A DNA stretch of 64,000 bases from Clostridia bacterium (GTDB lineage: Bacteria > Bacillota > Clostridia > TANB77 > UBA1234): assembly GCA_017469465.1 (NCBI GenBank), contig JAFUGH010000018.1:31149-95148 (forward strand), written 5' to 3'. The position numbers and the translations under genes are program-made. Each line of letters starts with the position of its first letter. The stretch's first letter is position 1. Below are positions 57,659 to 64,000 of this stretch, in pieces. The notes under the pieces were generated by a model. The model was not told the origin of the DNA. It made no database searches and worked only from the letters and a program-made list of their open reading frames with translations.

Positions 57659-58951
57659 CTAATCTATATTTTCTCCAGCTCTTTCTAGAACAGCAATATA
57701 AAAACCATCTGTATTATTTACATTAGGAAATAACTTAATTTCTTCTATTAATTTAAAATCTGAATGACACTTCAAAAAGTTTTCAATTTGAATATGATTT
57801 TCCCTTTGGAAAATCGTGCATGTACTATAAACTAGTTTTCCACCTTTTTTTAAATATTGGCAACAAGTATTCAGAATGTTACTTTGAATTGTGGATAATT
57901 CGTCTATATCTTCTGGTTTTCTTGTCCATTTTATGTCAGGCTTTTTACGTATTACGCCAATTCCTGTACAAGGAACATCTAATAATATTTTATCATATTG
58001 ATTGTCCAATTCACTGTTATAAAGCGTTGCATCATTACATTTCGCACGAATAACGTTAATTCCAAGCTTTTCTGCAACATTCTCCACAAGTTTTACTCTA
58101 TGTTCATGAATATCCCATGCGTCAATTTCTCCTTTGTTATTCATAAGTGCTGCCAAATATGTGGTTTTACCTCCAGGGCTACTGCATGCATCCAAGATTT
58201 TTTCACCAGGTTTTGGGTTCAATTTTAAACAAGCCATTTGTGCAGCCTCATCTTGTACGACAAATAAGCCATTGGAAAAATCATTCATTTTTTTCACTTT
58301 AATACTATGTGGTAAATTTCCTGGTTCACATTCATATCCTTTCAATTTAAGAAGTTGGATTAACTCTTCCCTTGATGTTCTAATAAGATTTGCTCTAAGT
58401 GTTATTGGTGATTTCATATTATTCGCACTTAAAAGTTCTGTCAAAAATTTTTTATCGTACTCTTTCAATAATTCGTCAACTAACCATAATGGATGTGAAG
58501 TGGCTATAGAAATAATTTCATCTTCTAAAACTGGTTTATCTGAAATATAATCCATTAATTTTTCTAATTCATTTTTTTCTATTTTTCTAAGTATTGCATT
58601 GGTAAATTTGCTTGAAGCTTCATGTCCATATTTTTTAGCCAACTTCACGCTTTCATTAACTGCTGCACTTTCCGGAATCCTATCTAAAAAAACAATTTGA
58701 TATATTCCAATTCGAATAATATTTAAAATCCATGGTGAAATTTTTTTAACCCTTATTTTAGAATATCTCTTAATAATCTCGTCTAAAGTAATCTTCCAAG
58801 TTAATACTCCATAAACAAGTTCTGACGCTAAACTTTTGTCAATGTCATCAATTTCATTTTTATGAAATTCTTTATCTATTTCAATATTTGAATACCCTTC
58901 ACCATTTTCAATTTTGTACAATACATTAATGGCTAATTCTCTAGCAGTCAT
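57659..58951 (-). CDS. rsmB: 16S rRNA m5C967 methyltransferase RsmB
   Basis: Start moved to MTARELAINV (ATG at 58951, AAGGAG RBS). NusB-like N-terminus and a SAM MTase with DAC/PCTG and TCT motifs. Confidence 0.9.
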   Translation of the reverse strand: MTARELAINVLYKIENGEGYSNIEIDKEFHKNEIDDIDKSLASELVYGVLTWKITLDEIIKRYSKIRVKKISPWILNIIRIGIYQIVFLDRIPESAAVNESVKLAKKYGHEASSKFTNAILRKIEKNELEKLMDYISDKPVLEDEIISIATSHPLWLVDELLKEYDKKFLTELLSANNMKSPITLRANLIRTSREELIQLLKLKGYECEPGNLPHSIKVKKMNDFSNGLFVVQDEAAQMACLKLNPKPGEKILDACSSPGGKTTYLAALMNNKGEIDAWDIHEHRVKLVENVAEKLGINVIRAKCNDATLYNSELDNQYDKILLDVPCTGIGVIRKKPDIKWTRKPEDIDELSTIQSNILNTCCQYLKKGGKLVYSTCTIFQRENHIQIENFLKCHSDFKLIEEIKLFPNVNNTDGFYIAVLERAGENID

Positions 58952-58984
58952 ATAGTCTCCTTTCACAAAATTTCCAAAATAGGA

Positions 58985-59088
58985 AAGCGCACAAATAGGG
59001 ACAACCATTTTTGTGCACTTTCTTCAAAAGATTTTTCATAATTATTACTCGGAAGTGCACAAAAATGGTTGTCCCTATTTGTGCGCTT
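58985..59088. repeat. Family-B-like inverted repeat with near-perfect 36-nt arms
   Basis: AAGCGCACAAATAGGGACAACCATTTTTGTGCACTT pairs with AAGTGCACAAAAATGGTTGTCCCTATTTGTGCGCTT around a ~30-nt loop. Confidence 0.8.
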
Positions 59089-59090
59089 GA

Positions 59091-61304
59091 TTACATATCT
59101 TTTGGTCTTTGTTCTTTTAAATTAAAATAGTATAAAATTGCATCAACAATTCTTTCACAAGCTTTACCATCTCCATATGGATTCGTTGCTCTACTCATTT
59201 TGTTGTACTCGTCTTTATCATTAAGAAGTTTATTAGCTTCTTCTATTATTTTTTCTTTATTAGTCCCAACAACTTTAACAGTACCAGCATAAACAGCTTC
59301 TGGTCTTTCTGTTTCACTTCTTAAAACTAAAACTGGTTTTCCAAGTGATGGTGCTTCTTCTTGAATTCCTCCTGAATCGGTAAGTACCATATAAGATTTA
59401 TTTATTAAGTTATGCGTCGTAATAACATCCAACGGTTCTATTAAATGAACATTTGGTACATTTCCTAATATTTCTCTCGCAACTTCTTGAACAGCAGGAT
59501 TTAAATGTACCGGATACACAACTTCAACATTTGAATTTTTAGTTGCAATTTCTCTTACTGCATTACAAATGTTTCTCAAAGGTTCTCCTAAATTTTCACG
59601 CCTATGAGCAGTCATAAAAATTACTTTTTTACTAAAATCTATTTTTGATAAAATAGCATGTTCAAATTGATAGTTTTTCTTTACTGTTGTGCTTAATGCA
59701 TCAATAACCGTATTACCCGTAATGTATATTACATCCTCTGGAACTAATTCTTTTAATAAATTATCTTTATTATTTTGAGTTGGTGCAAAATACAAATCTG
59801 CTATTTGTGTTACTAATTTTCTATTCATCTCTTCTGGATAAGGCGAATACTTATCATAAGTTCTAAGTCCTGCTTCCACATGTCCTACTTTTACTTTACA
59901 ATAAAATGCAGCTAGTGAAGCAACAAATGTAGTTGTCGTGTCTCCATGAACTAGTATCATATCTGGCTTTTCATATTCAATTACTCCATATAATCCCTCT
60001 AATACACTTGAGGAAATATGCGTAAGCGTTTGTCTATTTCTCATAATGTCTAAATCATAATCAGGGATTACATCAAAAGCCTCCAACACTTGATCAAGCA
60101 TTTGCCTATGTTGTGCTGTTACGCATACAATTGTATCAATATCCGCATTTTGTTTTAATTTCAAAACTAAAGGACACATTTTGATAGCCTCTGGTCTTGT
60201 ACCAAAAACTGTCATAATTTTAATTTTTGCTCCTTCCTTAGGGAGCCTTATTTTTTGTACCTTTAAATTTTTCTTTTTCTTATCTACAATCTCTTTTGAG
60301 CCAATTACCGAAAGTACAGCCAATATCAGCAATAGTGCAACAGCTTTCCAAATATCACTTTCAATAACTACTACCGCATATATTCCAAGTATTGCCGTCA
60401 CTGCATATAATATAATAACAACTTGTTTTTGCGTTAAACCTGCATCCATTAATTTATGATGTAAATGTCCTCTATCTGCTTGCATAATAGGTTTGTGATT
60501 AATTATTCTTCTGAAAATTGCAAACAACGTATCAAAAATTGGTAGTCCCAAAATAATAACAGGTAAAACCACCGTCATAAAAGTATATGTTTTAGCCATG
60601 CCAAGCATAGATATTGTTGCAAGTGTGTATCCTAAGAAATTAGAGCCATTATCGCCCATAAAAGTTTTAGCTGGGTTAAAATTGTATGGTAAGAACCCAA
60701 TCAAGCCACCAAGCAATGCTGCTGTAAGTATATATACAGAAGGAGTGGCTCCATTAATGATAAATATTACTAACATAGATAAAGTAGAAATTGCTGATAC
60801 CCCTGTTGCTAGTCCATCCAATCCATCAATCAGGTTAAATGCGTTCGTCACACCTATTATCCAGCCAAAAGTGATTATGATTGATAAAATGTCGTTTAAT
60901 CCATACATGCTCAAAAAAGGAATATTGAAATAAAAAATCCTCACACCACTAAGAATAACACATATTGCAGCAATTGCTTGACCAACTAACTTCATCCATG
61001 GCTTTAATTCAAAAGCATCATCCAAAAATCCTGTCGCAGCGACAATTCCTGCTCCTATAAAAAATCCAAACAAATTGATATCACTACCAATATTGCACGT
61101 TAAGAAAATAAACAAGCTGGACAATAAAAAAGCCATAATAAAAGCTAGTCCACCAATTCTAGGCATTGGCTTTGCTTGAATTTTTCTTGAATCATTCGGA
61201 ATATCCATGATTCCAACTTTTTGTGCTAATTTAATTGTTAAAGGTGTGAATACTGCAGCACTAATTACTGCAAGTAAAAATGCTATAATCATATTTAATA
61301 CCAT
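59091..61304 (-). CDS. Fusion of a WecA/TagO-type polyprenyl-phosphate GlcNAc-1-P transferase and UDP-GlcNAc 2-epimerase
   Basis: 737 aa. N-terminal polytopic MraY/WecA domain (NLIDGLDGLATG). C-terminal epimerase (VFGTRPEAIKM, HVEAGLRT, DSGGIQEEAP). Confidence 0.85.
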   Translation of the reverse strand: MVLNMIIAFLLAVISAAVFTPLTIKLAQKVGIMDIPNDSRKIQAKPMPRIGGLAFIMAFLLSSLFIFLTCNIGSDINLFGFFIGAGIVAATGFLDDAFELKPWMKLVGQAIAAICVILSGVRIFYFNIPFLSMYGLNDILSIIITFGWIIGVTNAFNLIDGLDGLATGVSAISTLSMLVIFIINGATPSVYILTAALLGGLIGFLPYNFNPAKTFMGDNGSNFLGYTLATISMLGMAKTYTFMTVVLPVIILGLPIFDTLFAIFRRIINHKPIMQADRGHLHHKLMDAGLTQKQVVIILYAVTAILGIYAVVVIESDIWKAVALLLILAVLSVIGSKEIVDKKKKNLKVQKIRLPKEGAKIKIMTVFGTRPEAIKMCPLVLKLKQNADIDTIVCVTAQHRQMLDQVLEAFDVIPDYDLDIMRNRQTLTHISSSVLEGLYGVIEYEKPDMILVHGDTTTTFVASLAAFYCKVKVGHVEAGLRTYDKYSPYPEEMNRKLVTQIADLYFAPTQNNKDNLLKELVPEDVIYITGNTVIDALSTTVKKNYQFEHAILSKIDFSKKVIFMTAHRRENLGEPLRNICNAVREIATKNSNVEVVYPVHLNPAVQEVAREILGNVPNVHLIEPLDVITTHNLINKSYMVLTDSGGIQEEAPSLGKPVLVLRSETERPEAVYAGTVKVVGTNKEKIIEEANKLLNDKDEYNKMSRATNPYGDGKACERIVDAILYYFNLKEQRPKDM

Positions 61305-61314
61305 ATCTATCTCC

Positions 61315-61746
61315 TTACTTCATGATTTCTTCAATCATATTTACTCTTTTTTCATGTCTACCGCCAGCAAATTGAGCTTCCATCCAATTATGGATAATAT
61401 TCACTGCCTCATCTAGTGTTAGCATATCTGCTGGAAGCGAAATCATATTGGCATTATTGTGCTCTTTACAAAGTTTTCCAACTTTTTCATTATAACAAAG
61501 TGCACATCTAATCCCTCTTACTTTATTTGCAACGATGCTCATTCCAACACCTGTTCTACATATCAGAATCCCACAATCAACTTTTTTTTCTGCAACATCC
61601 TTCGCAACGTTATAAGCAATTTTAGGATAATCAACACTATCAGTTGAAAATGTCCCATAGTCTTTAAAATCATATTTGTTCTTTAATTCATTCTTAATCT
61701 TTTCTTTTAATTCAAAACCGCCATGATCTGCTCCTATAGCAATCAT
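61315..61746 (-). CDS. rpiB: Ribose-5-phosphate isomerase B
   Basis: 143 aa. IAIGADHGGFELK and CRTGVGMS motifs. Confidence 0.92.
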   Translation of the reverse strand: MIAIGADHGGFELKEKIKNELKNKYDFKDYGTFSTDSVDYPKIAYNVAKDVAEKKVDCGILICRTGVGMSIVANKVRGIRCALCYNEKVGKLCKEHNNANMISLPADMLTLDEAVNIIHNWMEAQFAGGRHEKRVNMIEEIMK

Positions 61747-61892
61747 AAAATCCCTCCAAACTCTTACTTCCCTAATTATACAACAAAATTATTTTTTTTC
61801 AATAGCTATTGACGTAATATCTTGCAATTTGAAGCAATATTTGTTAACATTTGAATATAAGTGTTAATCATTTGAGAGGAATTGAGAAAAAT

Positions 61893-62615
61893 ATGGAAAA
61901 AATTGATATTTTAGGCGTTACATTCGATAATGTTTCAATGCAGGAAGCTGTCGATGTTTGCGAAGGTTTTTTAAAACAGGAAAAGGGAAATTTAGTTGTA
62001 ACTCCAAATCCTGAAATTGTTATGAAAGCAAAAGATGATGAAGAATTTAAAAAAGTTATCAATTCAGCTGAATTAGTAATTCCTGATGGAATAGGAATTA
62101 TTAAAGCAGGAAAGATTTTAAAAACACCTTTAAAGGAAAGGGTTGCGGGCTACGATTTAATTTGTAACTTGTTAGAAAAACATAGTGATGGTTCAGCAAC
62201 ATTTTATTTTTGGGGAAGCAAACCGGGTTATGCAGAGGAAGCAAAAGAAAAAGTGGAAGCAAAATATCCCAATATTAAAATATTAGGCACTCATACTGGC
62301 TATTTTAAGTCAGAAGAAGAAACTCAAATTGTAGAAGAAATTAGACAACTAAAGCCAGATATCTTACTCGTTGGAATAGGATTTCCAAGGCAAGAAAAAA
62401 TGATTCAAAAATATAAAAATGCAGGATTTTTCAAGGTTGGAATTGGATGTGGCGGAAGTATTGATGTTCTAGCTGGTGAAGTGAAAAGAGCTCCAAAAAT
62501 ATTTATAAAATTACATTTAGAATGGTTTTATAGGTTACTTAAGGAGCCTACTAGATTCAAAAGGATGCTAGTTTTGCCAAAATTCATGCAAGAAGTTAAA
62601 AAAATTGCAAGATAA
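61893..62615 (+). CDS. tagA: WecB/TagA/CpsF-family glycosyltransferase (ManNAc transferase-like)
   Basis: Start moved to MEKIDILG (ATG at 61893). Conserved GIGFPRQEKM block. Confidence 0.8.
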   Translation: MEKIDILGVTFDNVSMQEAVDVCEGFLKQEKGNLVVTPNPEIVMKAKDDEEFKKVINSAELVIPDGIGIIKAGKILKTPLKERVAGYDLICNLLEKHSDGSATFYFWGSKPGYAEEAKEKVEAKYPNIKILGTHTGYFKSEEETQIVEEIRQLKPDILLVGIGFPRQEKMIQKYKNAGFFKVGIGCGGSIDVLAGEVKRAPKIFIKLHLEWFYRLLKEPTRFKRMLVLPKFMQEVKKIAR

Positions 62616-62664
62616 TTTCTTATTCCCATTTAAATGAATCATTAGCTAAACATTCCAAATTATG

Positions 62665-62693
62665 TTGACTTTACATAACTTAAATGGTATAAT
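62665..62693 (+). promoter_or_regulatory. Sigma-70-type promoter
   Basis: TTGACT, 17-nt spacer, TGgTATAAT, 37 nt upstream of the ORF at 62730. Confidence 0.6.
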
Positions 62694-62729
62694 AAAAACT
62701 GTCGGTAAAATAAAAAATTTAGGAGGATT

Positions 62730-63653
62730 ATGATGAAAAAAATAATAAAAACATTACTTTTACTTACAGTTATCACTACTACATTTTTAGGCTCTGTAAA
62801 AGCCACCACTTATTTTGTTACAGGGGAAGGTGTTCGTGTACGCTCTTCCGCAGAAAATAGAGAAGACAACATTATTGGTAGATTAGCTTATGGAACTCAG
62901 ATAGATGTTGTGAATACAAATGGTAGCTGGTATTTAATAAAATATGGAAACGGATATGGCTATGTCACAAGAACATTTATTAATACAAGAGAAAATGTTA
63001 TCTCAACAAAAACAATTGCTACAACGAAGAAAAATGCAACTCTTAAAAAGAGTAGCTCTTCTTCTTCAAAAACAATTTGCAAAATACCTAAAAATTCTGC
63101 TGTTAAAGTAATTAATAAAGCATCTAGTTGGTCATATGTTCAATATAACGGTGAAAAAGGATATGTCAAAAATAGCTATTTAAAATATTTTGTTAATAAT
63201 AATGAAACCTGCTTGGGTTGCTACACAATTTCATATTGTTTCAGTAATAGTTCTCGCAGTAACAATATCACCAAAGCTGCAAATAAATTAAATAATTATG
63301 TATTAAAACCTGGTCAAACCTTTTCATTTTTAAGCGTAGTTGGAACTAGTGGATACGCAAATGCTCCTGAATTTACCAAGAATAAAAAAGTCTTAGGTGG
63401 CGGTATTTCACAAGTTTCTACTTCGTTGTATCAATGCATACGTGATGCACAAAGAAATTCATGTTTTATTAATGTAAAAAATCAAGAAAGATATGGTTCT
63501 AAAACTCCATATGCAAAACTTGGTGAAGAAGCAATGATAGACTTAAAAGCAAGAAAAGACTTGACTTTTACAAACAATAATCATTATTCTATCAAAATCT
63601 ATTCCTATGTAAGTGGAAATAGTGTTTCATTTGTAATTGCGGCAATGAAATAG
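62730..63653 (+). CDS. Secreted protein with two SH3b domains and a VanW domain
   Basis: 307 aa. Signal peptide, two SH3_3-like repeats (GVRVRSS..., SWSYVQYNGEKGYV), and a VanW-like C-terminus (LKPGQTFSF...GGGISQVSTSLY). Confidence 0.75.
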   Translation: MMKKIIKTLLLLTVITTTFLGSVKATTYFVTGEGVRVRSSAENREDNIIGRLAYGTQIDVVNTNGSWYLIKYGNGYGYVTRTFINTRENVISTKTIATTKKNATLKKSSSSSSKTICKIPKNSAVKVINKASSWSYVQYNGEKGYVKNSYLKYFVNNNETCLGCYTISYCFSNSSRSNNITKAANKLNNYVLKPGQTFSFLSVVGTSGYANAPEFTKNKKVLGGGISQVSTSLYQCIRDAQRNSCFINVKNQERYGSKTPYAKLGEEAMIDLKARKDLTFTNNNHYSIKIYSYVSGNSVSFVIAAMK

Positions 63654-63671
63654 AGATGCTATTAGAAATTT

Positions 63672-63733
63672 AGTTGCTCTCCTAATTGAAATAAGTATTT
63701 TTCTTATTTCAGTTTGAAGAGCAACTATTTTTT
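63672..63733 (+). terminator. Intrinsic terminator
   Basis: Outer stem AGTTGCTCT/AGAGCAACT with inner hairpin GAAATAAG/CTTATTTC, followed by a 6-nt T-run. Confidence 0.7.
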
Positions 63734-63753
63734 ATGCATTTTTCTATATTATG

Positions 63754-63782
63754 TTGACTATTTTGTCATATTATGTTAAAAT
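63754..63782 (+). promoter_or_regulatory. Sigma-70-type promoter
   Basis: TTGACT, 17-nt spacer, TAAAAT, upstream of the ORF at 63822. Confidence 0.5.
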
Positions 63783-63821
63783 AATAATGTTAACATATTC
63801 TTTTTTTAGGAGGATTTTCAA

Positions 63822-64000
63822 ATGAAAAAAATGGCTAAGATTCTGCTCGTAACTATTGTTCTTCTCTCCGTTTTGGTTACCTCTGCCAGTGCTAGCACGT
63901 ACTATGTGACCGGCGATGGTGTTCGCGTCCGGAGCGAACCGAAAAATGCCGATAATATCATCGGCAAATTGAAGTATGGTCAAAAGGTTGAAGTAACTGC
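63822..64000 (+). CDS. 5' part of a second secreted SH3b-domain protein, paralogous to 62730..63653
   Basis: AGGAGG RBS. Translated by hand: MKKMAKILLVTIVLLSVLVTSASASTYYVTGDGVRVRSEPKNADNIIGKLKYGQKVEV. Runs off the window. Confidence 0.7.
   Translation, partial: MKKMAKILLVTIVLLSVLVTSASASTYYVTGDGVRVRSEPKNADNIIGKLKYGQKVEVT

Overview
This is an AT-rich, Bacillota-like chromosomal segment, and nearly all of it is transcribed on the minus strand. It is dominated by housekeeping genes. Reading from high to low coordinates: tagO-mnaA fusion, rsmB, rlmN, PP2C phosphatase, PASTA kinase, rsgA and rpe. Next comes a complete S10-spc-alpha ribosomal protein cluster (rpsJ to rplQ, with secY, adk, map, infA and rpmJ). 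This is followed by a small cell-envelope glycosylation cluster (galE, O-antigen-ligase-like, GT4/DUF4330 genes), then rpmG-secE-nusG-rplKAJL, mutS-mutL-miaA, sepF-divIVA, ruvA, rarA and alaS. I found no rRNA or tRNA genes, no CRISPR array, and no integrase, transposase or recognisable defence genes. I cannot point to a clear-cut new protein system. The unusual content falls into three groups. (1) Short palindromic repeats are very dense in normally compact core operons: a GTAG-headed 17-nt palindrome family (REP/REPIN-like, about 14 loci), a second family of long inverted repeats often centred on GACGTC (including a 261-bp MITE-like element and a perfect 40-nt palindrome), and hairpins built from 7-nt-periodic UAG/GAG repeats. 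(2) There are two GC-rich, apparently structured non-coding segments: a ~220-nt leader behind a near-consensus promoter upstream of rpsJ, and a ~200-nt insert between rpsQ and rplN. (3) Lineage-specific ORFs sit inside conserved gene strings: four genes between secY and adk, one between map and infA, a DUF692-like gene between mutS and mutL, and an orphan after rplL. All functional calls come from reading motifs in the supplied translations, with no database search. Several starts were moved from the ORF-track coordinate to the first start codon with a Shine-Dalgarno sequence.
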